Source of the DNA: a virus | Virus record (IMG/VR): IMGVR_UViG_3300044998_001357 | Coordinates: 1-64,000 of that record | Reading direction: 5' to 3' (one strand) | Length of the DNA stretch: 64,000 nucleotides | Shown here: one piece after another, positions 1 to 9,269 of the stretch | How the letters are laid out: each line of letters opens with the position of its first letter | How positions within the stretch are numbered: position 1 is the first letter of the stretch | Notes under the pieces: generated by a model | Told to the model about the DNA's origin: nothing | Databases searched by the model: none | What the model saw: the letters and a program-made list of their open reading frames with translations, nothing else | Translations under genes and position numbers: made by a program

Positions 1-82
1 TGCCGCAAAACGCAGGATAGTTTGTTTTTTTACTGTTAGTAATTCCCCGGATTTATAAGTTTCCCTTGCGGCGGCCTGCGAG

Positions 83-2206
83 ATGGATATACCTAGTTCT
101 TATGAAGAATTAAAAAGGCGATCTCGTGCCCGCAACCTGGCGTTGTCACTGGCGGGCCGGGACATTGGCGACTTGCCGGACGTGGTCAACCCGGCCCGCA
201 AGGCGCGGGCAGCGGGTGACTTCCGCTTCTTCTGCGACAGCTACTTCCCGCTGACGTTCCATCTGCCCTGGTCGCGGGACCACCTGCAGGTCATCGCCCG
301 CATCGAGCAGGCGGTGCTGCGCGGCGGCCTGTTCGCGATGGCCATGCCGCGCGGGTCGGGTAAGAGCACCATCTGCGAGTGTGCCTGCATCTGGGCGGTG
401 CTGTACGGACACCGCGAGTTCGTCTGCCTGATCGGCTCGGACGAAGGTCACGCGATGGACATGCTCGACGCCATCAAGATGGAGTTCGAAGGTAACGACT
501 TGCTCCTGGAGGACTTCCCCGAGGCGTTGTTTCCAATCCAGGCGCTCGACGGCATCGCCAACCGCTGCAACGGGCAACTCTACAAGGGTGAACGGACGCA
601 CATCGGCTGGACCGCCCGCGAGGTGGTGCTGCCGACGCTCAAGCCCGACGGCTGGCTCCAGCGCGAGGATTTGCGGCCGTTCGTGCGGGAGGACGGCACC
701 TCGAAGGCGTCGGGCGCGATCATCAAGGTGGCGGGCATCACCGGCCGAATCCGGGGCATGAAGTACAAGCGGGCCGACGGCCGCACGGTACGGCCAACCT
801 TGGTGGTGCTCGACGACCCGCAGACCGACGAGAGCGCCAAGTCCCCATCGCAGTGCGCCACCCGCGAAGCGATCCTTTCTGGCGCAGTCCTGGGCTTGGC
901 CGGGCCGGGCACGAAGATCTCAGGCATCATGCCCTGCACGGTCATCCGCCCCGGCGACATGGCCGACAATATTCTCGATCGCAATAAGCATCCCGAATGG
1001 AACGGCCAGCGAACCAAGCTCGTCTACGCCTTCCCGACCGACGAGAAGCTCTGGCAGCGCTACGCCGAGGTCCGGGCCGAGAGCCTACGCCAGGGCAACG
1101 GCGGTGAGGAGGCGACTGCGTTCTACCGCGCTAACCGCGCGGCGATGGACGAAGGGGCGGTCGTCGCCTGGCCCGAGCGGTTCAACCACGACGAGTTGTC
1201 GGCGATCCAGCACGCCATGAACCTGCGGCTGCAGGACGAGGCCGCGTTCTTCGCCGAGTACCAGAACGAGCCGCTGCCCGCCGAGACGGCGTCGGACGAC
1301 GAACTGACCGTCGAACAGATCGCCGCCAAGTTCAACCGGATGAAGCGGGGCGAGGTGCCGGTCGGCTGCAATCACGTCACTGCCTTCATTGACGTGCATG
1401 GGAACTTATTGTTCTGGGTGGTTTGCGGCTGGGAGGACGACTTCACCGGCTACGTCCTCGACTATGGCGCGTACCCGGACCAGAAGCGGCCGTACTTCAC
1501 GCTGCGGGATGCCCGACCGACGCTCACTGGGATCCTGCCCAGCGGTGGCGTCGAGGCGGCGATCTACGCGGGGCTGGAGACGCTGACTGGCCAGATGCTC
1601 GGCCGAGCGTGGCGACGCGACGACGGCGCGGACCTGCGGGTCGAACGCTGCCTGGTCGATGCCAACTGGGGTGCCTTGACAAATGTGGTCTACCAGTTCT
1701 GTCGCCAGTCCGCCCATGCGGGGATCGTGCTGCCCAGCCACGGGCGATTCGTCGGCGTATCAAGTAGACCGTTCAGCGAGTATAGCCGGCGGCCCGGCGA
1801 CCGGGTCGGCTCTAACTGGCGGATGCCGAACGTGCAGGGCAAGCGGGCCGTGCGGCATGTCCTCTTCGATACCAACTTCTGGAAGTCGTTTGTTCATGCC
1901 CGCCTAGCCGTGCCGATGGGACAGCGCGGCTGCCTGTCCCTCTTTGGCGACAAGCCCGAGACGCACCGTCTTTTCGCGGAACACATGACCGCCGAATACC
2001 GAGTTCGTGCCGAATCTCGCGGCCGCACGGTAGACGAGTGGAAGCAGCGACCCGAACGCAGCGACAATCACTGGCTGGACTGCCTGGTTGGGGCCGCTGT
2101 GGCCGCGTCGATCCAGGGAGCAACTCTCCTTGGCATCAGCGATCGCGAGCCGACGAAGAAGGCGCGGGTCAGCTTCGCCGAGCTTCAGCGGAGGAATCGG
2201 CGATGA
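83..2206 (+). CDS. Phage terminase large subunit (GpA-like)
   Basis: Walker A-like AMPRGSGKST, Walker B VVLDDPQ, C-terminal nuclease region (AFIDV...NHWLDC); first gene of head operon. Confidence 0.9.
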   Translation: MDIPSSYEELKRRSRARNLALSLAGRDIGDLPDVVNPARKARAAGDFRFFCDSYFPLTFHLPWSRDHLQVIARIEQAVLRGGLFAMAMPRGSGKSTICECACIWAVLYGHREFVCLIGSDEGHAMDMLDAIKMEFEGNDLLLEDFPEALFPIQALDGIANRCNGQLYKGERTHIGWTAREVVLPTLKPDGWLQREDLRPFVREDGTSKASGAIIKVAGITGRIRGMKYKRADGRTVRPTLVVLDDPQTDESAKSPSQCATREAILSGAVLGLAGPGTKISGIMPCTVIRPGDMADNILDRNKHPEWNGQRTKLVYAFPTDEKLWQRYAEVRAESLRQGNGGEEATAFYRANRAAMDEGAVVAWPERFNHDELSAIQHAMNLRLQDEAAFFAEYQNEPLPAETASDDELTVEQIAAKFNRMKRGEVPVGCNHVTAFIDVHGNLLFWVVCGWEDDFTGYVLDYGAYPDQKRPYFTLRDARPTLTGILPSGGVEAAIYAGLETLTGQMLGRAWRRDDGADLRVERCLVDANWGALTNVVYQFCRQSAHAGIVLPSHGRFVGVSSRPFSEYSRRPGDRVGSNWRMPNVQGKRAVRHVLFDTNFWKSFVHARLAVPMGQRGCLSLFGDKPETHRLFAEHMTAEYRVRAESRGRTVDEWKQRPERSDNHWLDCLVGAAVAASIQGATLLGISDREPTKKARVSFAELQRRNRR

Positions 2207-2376
2207 GCGCGCCTTCCGCGACCCCGAACGACAGGCCGGGCCTGGTATGTCGTCGGTGCGGCTGCCGTCATTTTCGCGTCATCTATACTCGGCACAGGGC
2301 TACCGGCATTCTTCGGCGCAGAGAGTGCCGTCACTGCGGACTGCGCATCACCACCTGGGAGCGTCCCTTGCGGTAA
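2203..2376 (+). CDS. Small Zn-ribbon protein (NrdR-N/Ogr-like)
   Basis: CRRCGC...RRRECRHCGLRITTWE; ATG overlaps terminase stop (ATGA). Confidence 0.7.
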   Translation: MSAPSATPNDRPGLVCRRCGCRHFRVIYTRHRATGILRRRECRHCGLRITTWERPLR

Positions 2377-2676
2377 CCTGTTCGGTAACTGTTCGGTAAC
2401 CTGTTCGGTAACTGTTTCGCAACTGTTTCACGCCTGTTTCACAACTGTTTCGCAGCTGTTCGGTAACTGTTCGGTAACTGTTCGGTAACTGTTCGGTAAC
2501 TGTTCGGTAACTGTTCGGTAACTGTTCGGTAACTGTTTCGCAACTGTTTCGCAACTGTTTCACAGCTGTTTCACAGCTGTTTCACAGCTGTTCGGTAACC
2601 TGTTCGGTAACCTGTTCGGTAACCTGTTCGGTAACCTGTTCGGTAACCTGTTCGGTAACCTGTTTCGCAACCTGTA
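2371..2676. repeat. Tandem array of ~26 11/12-bp units with invariant CTGTT core
   Basis: Units CTGTTCGGTAA, CTGTTCGGTAAC, CTGTTTCGCAA, CTGTTTCACAG and rare variants, read directly. Confidence 0.97.
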
Positions 2677-2758
2677 TGGTCTATTAGTGTAACGCGTGCA
2701 TTGATACTCCTTTATTGCGTATCACATCATCTGATATACTCTGGCATAGGAGAATTCT

Positions 2759-2956
2759 ATGCCGGACGAAATCAACGACGCCATCGAACAGAACGCGAAG
2801 GGACCGGCCAAGGCGTCGGGCGACGCCGGCTCGGTTGAGCAGCACAAGCTTTCCGAGCAGATCGAGGCCGACCGCTACCTTGCGTCCAAGGAAGCCGCCA
2901 AGCAGCCGCGTCGCGGCCTGCGCTTCAACAAGCTCGTACCGCCGGGGGCCGACTGA
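2759..2956 (+). CDS. Small head-associated protein (gpW-position)
   Basis: AGGAG RBS; lies between terminase and portal; abuts portal start. Confidence 0.65.
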   Translation: MPDEINDAIEQNAKGPAKASGDAGSVEQHKLSEQIEADRYLASKEAAKQPRRGLRFNKLVPPGAD

Positions 2957-4405
2957 ATGTTTCGCTGGCTGGCCAACCTCTGGAGCACTACGCCGCCGCG
3001 ACCGGGTCGTAGCCGGGTCGTCCGCGTCGTGCGCGGCCGCTACGACGCGGCCGTGACCACCGACGACAACCGCCGCCACTGGGCCAACGCCGACGGCCTG
3101 TCGGCCAACCAGGCTAACAGCGTCGAGGTGCGCCGCGTCCTGCGCAATCGCGCCCGCTACGAGGTCGCCAACAACAGCTACGCCAAGGGCATCGTCCTCA
3201 CACTGGCCAACGACGTGGTCGGGACCGGCCCTCGCCTGCAACTCCTCACCGAGGACTCGAAGGCCAACACCCGCATCGAGCGAGAGTTCACGGCCTGGTC
3301 CAAAGCGATAAGCCTGCCCGAGAAGCTGCGCACCATGCGCATGGCTCGGGCCACCGACGGCGAGGCCTTTGCGGTCTTGACCAGCAACCCGCGACTACCG
3401 ACGCCGGTGCAACTCGACCTGCGGCTAATCGAGGCCGACCAGGTGGCCACGCCGAGCTTTTCCGCCTGGGAGAGGGCTGGAGTCGATGGGATCGTCTTCG
3501 ACGCGGCGGGCAACCCGGTTGAGTACCATGTCCTCAAGGACCACCCAGGGGACGGCTACTGGAATGGGCGCGAGTACGATCGAGTGCCCGCCTCGGCGGT
3601 GCTGCACTGGTTTCGTTGCGACCGGCCGGGCCAGGCGCGGGGTATTCCGGACATCACCCCGGCCCTGCCGCTGTTCGCCCAACTGCGGCGCTTCACTCTG
3701 GCCGTGATCGCCGCCGCCGAGACGGCCGCCGACTTCGCCGGTATCCTCTACACCGACGCGCCCGCCAGCGGGGAGGCCGACGCCGCCGAGCCGTTCGAGC
3801 CGATCGAGTTGGAGAAGCGGGCGCTGGTCACCATGCCCGGCGGCTGGAAGATGAGCCAGCTGCAAGCGGAGCAACCGGCTACCACCTATGCCGAGTTCAA
3901 GCACGAGATCCTCAACGAGATCGCCCGCTGTCTCAACATGCCGTTCAACGTCGCGGCGTGCAACAGCAGCGGCTACAACTACGCGTCCGGTCGGCTCGAC
4001 CATCAGACCTACTTCAAGGCGATTCGCGTCGAGCAGGCCCACCTCGAGGCCGTTGTTCTCGACCGCATCCTCGCGGCCTGGTTCGACGAGGCGGCGCTGA
4101 TCCCCGGCTTACTGCCCGTCGGCTTGGGGCCGCTCGCCGGCTGGCCGCACCAGTGGTTCTGGGACGGGCACGAGCACGTCGATCCCGCTAAGGAGGCCGC
4201 CGCCCAGGCGACCCGCCTAGCCAACCTGACCACCACGCTCGCCGACGAGTACGCCCGCCGTGGCCTCGACTGGGAGGCCCAGTTGCGGCAGCGCGCCAAG
4301 GAGATTGCGCTTATGCAGGAGTTGGGCCTGACCCTGGCGCAAGCTCAACCATTCATCGACCATGATGAGGAATTCGACGATGACATCGACACGTCGGACG
4401 ACTGA
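2957..4405 (+). CDS. Phage portal protein, lambda family
   Basis: LRNRARYEVANNSYA, RPGQARGIP, NYASGRL, VDPAKEA motifs. Confidence 0.92.
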   Translation: MFRWLANLWSTTPPRPGRSRVVRVVRGRYDAAVTTDDNRRHWANADGLSANQANSVEVRRVLRNRARYEVANNSYAKGIVLTLANDVVGTGPRLQLLTEDSKANTRIEREFTAWSKAISLPEKLRTMRMARATDGEAFAVLTSNPRLPTPVQLDLRLIEADQVATPSFSAWERAGVDGIVFDAAGNPVEYHVLKDHPGDGYWNGREYDRVPASAVLHWFRCDRPGQARGIPDITPALPLFAQLRRFTLAVIAAAETAADFAGILYTDAPASGEADAAEPFEPIELEKRALVTMPGGWKMSQLQAEQPATTYAEFKHEILNEIARCLNMPFNVAACNSSGYNYASGRLDHQTYFKAIRVEQAHLEAVVLDRILAAWFDEAALIPGLLPVGLGPLAGWPHQWFWDGHEHVDPAKEAAAQATRLANLTTTLADEYARRGLDWEAQLRQRAKEIALMQELGLTLAQAQPFIDHDEEFDDDIDTSDD

Positions 4406-6332
4406 CGATCAGCCGCCGCGTCAACTGCGGCTAGAAGGTACGGCGGCTCTCGACCTGGAGGCCGCCGCCGAGGACGGAGCGACGCTGCCGCGCTTCCGCA
4501 TGGTCGCCTACACCGGCACGCCAATGCGCGTTGCGGGCTGGCGGTACCCGATCGTCATCGACCTGGCCGGGCTGTCGATCCCGTCGCAGGCCCGACCGAT
4601 CCGCTTCGGCCACGACCCGCTCTCCGGCGTCGGCCACACCGACGCGGTGCGGGTCGAGGACGGACAGCTGGTCGCCACCGGCCTGGTCTCCCGCGACACG
4701 CCGGCGGCCCGCGAAGTTGTGATCTCGGCCAAGAACGGCTTCCCGTGGCAGGCCTCGGTCGGGGCAGGCGTCGAGGAGTTCGAGTTCGTCAAGGAGAACC
4801 AGACGGTGTTGGTCAACGGTCGCACCTTCACCGGCCCGTTGAACGTCGTCCGCAAGTCCACCCTCGGCGAGATCAGCTTCGTCGACCTCGGGGCCGACGG
4901 GAACACCTCGGCCAGTGTTGCCGCATCTCAACCACATCAGGAGGCGTTTATGCCAGACATTAATCATGATCATAATAATGAATCGCCTGCCACTCAGGCG
5001 ATCATCCGCGCGAAAGCAGAGCGCCAGCGAATCGATACAATCCGCGCGCTCGTCGAGGAGGCGGCTAGCAATCGTTACGCCGACATGGACGCCCTGGAGC
5101 AGATCGCGGCTCAGGCGGAATCCGAGGGCTGGGACGCGCAGCGGACCGAGCTAGCGATTCTGCGGGTGACCCGCCCGCGTGCGCCGATTGCGCGTGACCG
5201 ATCGGAGCGCCCGAGTCAACAGGTGCTCGAGGCCGCGCTCTGCATGGCAGCCGGAGTCAGCGACGAGACCCTGGCCCGCGACCGAGACTACGGCGAGCAG
5301 GTCGTGTCGGCGGCCTGGCAGCATCGACGCCGAGGCCTGCGAGGGATCCTCGCCCTGGCCCTCGAGGGGGGCGGCATCCGTGTGCCACATGGCGGCCGAG
5401 AGTTTTACGAAGCGCTCGTGGCTCACCAGCGCATCGAGGCGGCCGGGTTTAGCACGGTGAATCTGCCGGGCATCTTGGGCAATGTCGCGAATAAGATGTT
5501 GCTGGATGCGTTCGAGTCAGCACCTGGCACATATGAACAAATTGCTGCGCAAGAAGATTTCTCGAACTTCCATCAGCATCAAATCTACCGACTTGATGCG
5601 ACCGGCAACTTTGACAAGGTTGCCGACGGCGGCGAAATCAAACATGGTGCGCTCCAAGAATCGGAGTACACCAACAAGCTCGACACTTACGGGATGATGA
5701 TGACCATTACGCGTCAGCAAATCATCAACGATGAATTGTCGGCATTCCGTTCGCTTGTTGGCCAGCTGGGCCGCCGTGCAAAGATCGCGATCGAGCGGGC
5801 GCTCTACGCTGTGGTGATGGAGGCGACGGATACGTTCTACACGGCCGCGCGGGGCAACCGGCTAACCAACGCGGCTCTCGGCATTACGTCGCTCGGATCT
5901 GCACGAAGCGCGCTTGCGAAAATGCAAGACGCCAATGGCGACCCGCTTGCAACGGCTGGCCGGTACCTGCTGGTCCCGACCGAGTTGGAACCGTTGGCGA
6001 TGCAAATCTATACGTCTGTTACGGTCAATGAGACTACCACAGTCGATAAGCCGCGACCCATCAACAATCCTTACGTCAATCGCTACGAACCGATCGGCAG
6101 CCCGTATCTGTCGACCGGCACCGGCGGTGGCCAGTCGCCGACGACCTGGTATCTCTTGGCCGATCCTGCCGTGCTGCCTGCGTTTCAAATCGCATACCTC
6201 GATGGCCGCCGCCAGCCGGTCGTGGAGACGGCGGACGCTGAGTTTAGCACGCTCGGTATGTCCATGCGGGCATACTGGGATTTCGGGGTTGCGCGCATCG
6301 ATCATCGCGGAGCCGTCAAGGCTACCGCATAA
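4380..6332 (+). CDS. Prohead protease / major capsid fusion
   Basis: N-terminal protease-like region (AYTG...H...WQASVG...EISFV) and C-terminal capsid-like region (TYG...ITRQQIINDEL...DFGVARIDHRG); start chosen from GAGG RBS. Confidence 0.85.
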   Translation: MTSTRRTTDDQPPRQLRLEGTAALDLEAAAEDGATLPRFRMVAYTGTPMRVAGWRYPIVIDLAGLSIPSQARPIRFGHDPLSGVGHTDAVRVEDGQLVATGLVSRDTPAAREVVISAKNGFPWQASVGAGVEEFEFVKENQTVLVNGRTFTGPLNVVRKSTLGEISFVDLGADGNTSASVAASQPHQEAFMPDINHDHNNESPATQAIIRAKAERQRIDTIRALVEEAASNRYADMDALEQIAAQAESEGWDAQRTELAILRVTRPRAPIARDRSERPSQQVLEAALCMAAGVSDETLARDRDYGEQVVSAAWQHRRRGLRGILALALEGGGIRVPHGGREFYEALVAHQRIEAAGFSTVNLPGILGNVANKMLLDAFESAPGTYEQIAAQEDFSNFHQHQIYRLDATGNFDKVADGGEIKHGALQESEYTNKLDTYGMMMTITRQQIINDELSAFRSLVGQLGRRAKIAIERALYAVVMEATDTFYTAARGNRLTNAALGITSLGSARSALAKMQDANGDPLATAGRYLLVPTELEPLAMQIYTSVTVNETTTVDKPRPINNPYVNRYEPIGSPYLSTGTGGGQSPTTWYLLADPAVLPAFQIAYLDGRRQPVVETADAEFSTLGMSMRAYWDFGVARIDHRGAVKATA

Positions 6333-6347
6333 CGGGAGGTAACACCT

Positions 6348-6674
6348 ATGGTTATCTTTATTCATGACGGCGACACTATTGACCACACCCCGACGGCGGA
6401 CGTGGCTGCCGGGGATGTGGTTGTGCAGGGCAATTTGGTCGGCGTAGCTAAGCAGCCGATCAAGGCCGGCCAGCTGGGGGCATTGGCCGTTGTCGGTGTG
6501 TTCGACTTCCCGGTCGCGTCACTGACCGGCTGGGCGGTGGGCGACACGGCGTATTGGGACGCCACGGCGCAGGTCGCCACCGAGACCCAGACCGGAAACA
6601 AGTTGTTGGGCAAGGCAGTGCTGGTAGACTCGCGGCCGGGCAGCCCGCACGTTCGCATCCGGCTGAGCCAGTGA
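6348..6674 (+). CDS. DUF2190-family capsid cement/decoration protein
   Basis: GDTIDHTP...VAAGDVVVQG.LVGVA...G.LGALAVVGVF directly after capsid gene. Confidence 0.85.
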   Translation: MVIFIHDGDTIDHTPTADVAAGDVVVQGNLVGVAKQPIKAGQLGALAVVGVFDFPVASLTGWAVGDTAYWDATAQVATETQTGNKLLGKAVLVDSRPGSPHVRIRLSQ

Positions 6675-6681
6675 GGTTAGT

Positions 6682-7047
6682 ATGTCTGATCTTTTGAATA
6701 CCGGACTCGATTGGCTTGCCAACCAGATGACAGAGCACGTTTCGCGGCTGGTCACATACCGACGCGGGCCGGACGAAGTTGCGGTGCGGGCCATCATCGG
6801 CCGGCGAAAGATCAGACTTGACGATGGCTACGGTGGCGTGCGGATAGAGTGGCCTGACCGGGATTTCATAATCCGCGCTGATTTGCTCGTGATTGGAGGT
6901 AATCAGATCAAGCCAGAGCGTGGCGACAAGGTTATCGACCAGGGCAAAGTCTACGAGGTGATGGTTTTCGGTCGCGAGCCGCCCTGTCAAGACGACCCGC
7001 ATGGACATATGTTTCGTATCCATACCAAACAAGTAGGAATTGAGTGA
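6682..7047 (+). CDS. Putative head-tail joining protein
   Basis: Position and size; DRDFII...P.RGD...YEV...RIHTK pattern. Confidence 0.6.
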   Translation: MSDLLNTGLDWLANQMTEHVSRLVTYRRGPDEVAVRAIIGRRKIRLDDGYGGVRIEWPDRDFIIRADLLVIGGNQIKPERGDKVIDQGKVYEVMVFGREPPCQDDPHGHMFRIHTKQVGIE

Positions 7048-7232
7048 TGCTCGAATTGATGCGACAACTGCTCGGCATGTACCGCCAGGATCCCGCCGGG
7101 CTTCGTGAGGCCCTGCCGCTCCTCAAGGCGATCCTGCACTCCGACGCCCTGACCGAGATCGTTCGGGCCACCAAGTCTCCGATCGACGACGTGGTGCTGC
7201 GAGTACTGCGTGCCCTGGTTCCCCAGGAGTGA
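7044..7232 (+). CDS. Hypothetical protein (62 aa)
   Basis: Translationally coupled on both sides; ATKSPIDDVVL motif. Confidence 0.55.
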   Translation: MMLELMRQLLGMYRQDPAGLREALPLLKAILHSDALTEIVRATKSPIDDVVLRVLRALVPQE

Positions 7233-7235
7233 GCC

Positions 7236-7664
7236 ATGCCCGCGACCATCTTGGACCTGGCTGACGCCGTCGTTGAGCAGCTGAACACCACCCCGTTCAG
7301 CCAGCCGCTCGTCGCCGTGCGACACTACCAGCCGCTTTTCGAGCTTTCCGAGATGGCCGAACTGCGCGTCAGCGTGGTGCCACGATCGGTGGCGAGCAAG
7401 GCGTTAGACCGTGGCCGTGACGACTTCGATTACAAGATTGACGTGGCGGTGCAACGCAAGGTCGAGCCGAGCAAGGAGAACCTCGATGCGCTCATGGAAC
7501 TGGTGGAGGAAATCGCCGACCACCTCCGCTCACACCGGCTGGTCAGCTTCCCGCAGGCCCGCTGCATCGAGGTGGCCAACGAGCCGGTCTATGCGATGGA
7601 GCACCTGGAGGAGTTCCGCCAGTTTACCAGCGTCCTCACGCTGACCTACCGCGTGTGGAGGTGA
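7236..7664 (+). CDS. Putative tail terminator/completion protein
   Basis: Position and size; IDVAVQRK...EEIADHLR...FTSVLTLTYR. Confidence 0.6.
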   Translation: MPATILDLADAVVEQLNTTPFSQPLVAVRHYQPLFELSEMAELRVSVVPRSVASKALDRGRDDFDYKIDVAVQRKVEPSKENLDALMELVEEIADHLRSHRLVSFPQARCIEVANEPVYAMEHLEEFRQFTSVLTLTYRVWR

Positions 7665-7667
7665 GCC

Positions 7668-8099
7668 GTGATCACGATGACCTTCCAGGCCGCCAAGCAG
7701 GGCTTCTTCGACCGGGCCAAGGTGAAGAACGCGGTCGACGCCGGCACCCGGCGGGTGCTGTCACGGTTCGGAGCGTTCGTGCGGACGCGGGCCAAGACCT
7801 CCATCCGCAAACGCAAAGGTACCAGCCCGCCCGGCAGCCCGCCATACTCGCACGTCGGCCTGCTGCGGAAGTTCATCCTGTTCGCTTACGACCCGGCACA
7901 GAAGTCGGTCGTGATCGGGCCGACCCTGATCCGCGCAGGATCGGAGGCCCCGCGATTGCTCGAATACGGCGGTGAGGCGGTCCGCCGCACGAAGAAGAAG
8001 ACCCGTCGGCTTCGCTACCGCCCCCGGCCGTACATGGGGCCGGCATTCGAGGCCGAGCAGCAGCAGTTGCCCGCCCTGTGGAAAGACTCTGTTCGTTGA
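7668..8099 (+). CDS. Putative virion morphogenesis protein (HK97 gp10-like)
   Basis: Basic; LLEYGG...RPRPYMGPAF C-terminal signature. Confidence 0.65.
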   Translation: MITMTFQAAKQGFFDRAKVKNAVDAGTRRVLSRFGAFVRTRAKTSIRKRKGTSPPGSPPYSHVGLLRKFILFAYDPAQKSVVIGPTLIRAGSEAPRLLEYGGEAVRRTKKKTRRLRYRPRPYMGPAFEAEQQQLPALWKDSVR

Positions 8100-8109
8100 G
8101 GAGATACCG

Positions 8110-8550
8110 ATGGCCGTGAAACTCGGGCTTGACGCCAAGCTGTACCGCAACACGGGAACATATTCTTCGCCCACCTGGAACGACATCCCTAACGTCAAGG
8201 ACGTAACCCTGAACCTGGAGGCAGGCGAGGCCGACGTGACCACGCGCGGCAACAACGGCTGGCGCGCTACGGTCGCCACGCTCAAGGACGGGTCGATTGA
8301 ATTCGACATGGTCTGGGACACGGCCGACACCGACTTTGCCGCTATCCGCGATGCGTTCCTGAATCGCACCGCAATCGAGTTTGCGGTGATGGACGGCGAT
8401 ATCACTGTTGTCGGCTCGCAAGGTCTGCGAGCTACTTGCATGGTCACCAAGTTCAGCCGCAGCGAGCCGCTCGAAGAAGCCATCATGGTCAGCGTAACCA
8501 TCAAGCCAACCTATTCGGCCAATGCTCCTAGCTGGTTGGTTGTTTCCTAA
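8110..8550 (+). CDS. Major tail tube protein
   Basis: GAGGAG RBS then MAVKLG; VKDVTLNLEAGEADVTTR; position before chaperone and tape measure. Confidence 0.8.
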   Translation: MAVKLGLDAKLYRNTGTYSSPTWNDIPNVKDVTLNLEAGEADVTTRGNNGWRATVATLKDGSIEFDMVWDTADTDFAAIRDAFLNRTAIEFAVMDGDITVVGSQGLRATCMVTKFSRSEPLEEAIMVSVTIKPTYSANAPSWLVVS

Positions 8551-8559
8551 GGAGTATTT

Positions 8560-9069
8560 ATGCGTGTCTTTTCGGATTATCAAAATCGCACTTGGTCGGT
8601 GGCTATTAACGTTGCTGCCGTGAAACGAGTGCGCGGCCTGGTCGGTGTCGACCTGCTGGCACTGGTCAACGAAGGCATGGAGCCTCTGAGCCGTCTGTTG
8701 GCCGACCCGGTTCGGCTGGCCGACGTGCTGTACTGCCTGTGCAAGGACGAGGCCGACGCTCGCCAGGTCAGCGACGAGGACTTTGGCCGAGCGCTGTACG
8801 GCGACGCCATTGGCTGGGCGGCCGAGGCGTTCGTCGAGGAACTGTTCGATTTTTTCCCCGACGCCCGAGCGCGGGTGGGCATGCGAAAAGTCCTGGAGAT
8901 GAGCCATCGGCTGAAAGCCAAAATGATGGACCAGGCAGAGCAGGCGCTCGACCAGCTGGACCTGGACAGCCTGGCGCAGCAGCTGATGTCGACCCCTGGG
9001 AAACCATCGACGAACTCGCCGGAATCGTCGGAGTCAACCCCGACCCGCTCACTCTCTGTAGTCTCGTGA
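8560..9069 (+). CDS. Tail assembly chaperone (gpG-like)
   Basis: AAGGAG RBS; between tail tube and tape measure; contains in-frame T TTT TTC heptamer at 8850-8856. Confidence 0.75.
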   Translation: MRVFSDYQNRTWSVAINVAAVKRVRGLVGVDLLALVNEGMEPLSRLLADPVRLADVLYCLCKDEADARQVSDEDFGRALYGDAIGWAAEAFVEELFDFFPDARARVGMRKVLEMSHRLKAKMMDQAEQALDQLDLDSLAQQLMSTPGKPSTNSPESSESTPTRSLSVVS

Positions 9070-9260
9070 CCATGGCCAGCGCGCGCAATCGCGCAGAGTG
9101 GCAACGTACCGCAACACTTATGGCTTTGATAGCTAATTGTCATCGAGATCCAAAGAAGACACGAGCGTTTGCTCCGGAAGATTTTCTGGAACAGAAAGCT
9201 AATGATGTTAAGCCTATCAAAGCAAGTATTGATGTGTTGCGAGCATTCGTTGAGCAGTGA
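8850..9260 (+). CDS. -1 frame extension of tail chaperone (gpGT-like)
   Basis: -1 frame is open across the slippery site to 9260; protein-like LAGIVGVNPDPLTL segment lies upstream of the first ATG (9072). Confidence 0.65.
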   Translation, partial: FFPRRPSAGGHAKSPGDEPSAESQNDGPGRAGARPAGPGQPGAAADVDPWETIDELAGIVGVNPDPLTLCSLVTMASARNRAEWQRTATLMALIANCHRDPKKTRAFAPEDFLEQKANDVKPIKASIDVLRAFVEQ

Positions 9261-9269
9261 GATGCAAAC

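Noticed and set aside
2348-2563. Minus-strand ORF with TVTEQLPNSYR repeats
   Set aside because: A by-product of the 11-bp DNA repeat, antisense to the operon, no RBS
2371-2676. CRISPR array
   Set aside because: Units are 11-12 bp with no unique spacers, and no cas genes are recognisable
8998-9004. GGGAAAC as the tail chaperone slippery site
   Set aside because: Reads GGG AAA C in the 0 frame, the wrong phase for tandem -1 slippage
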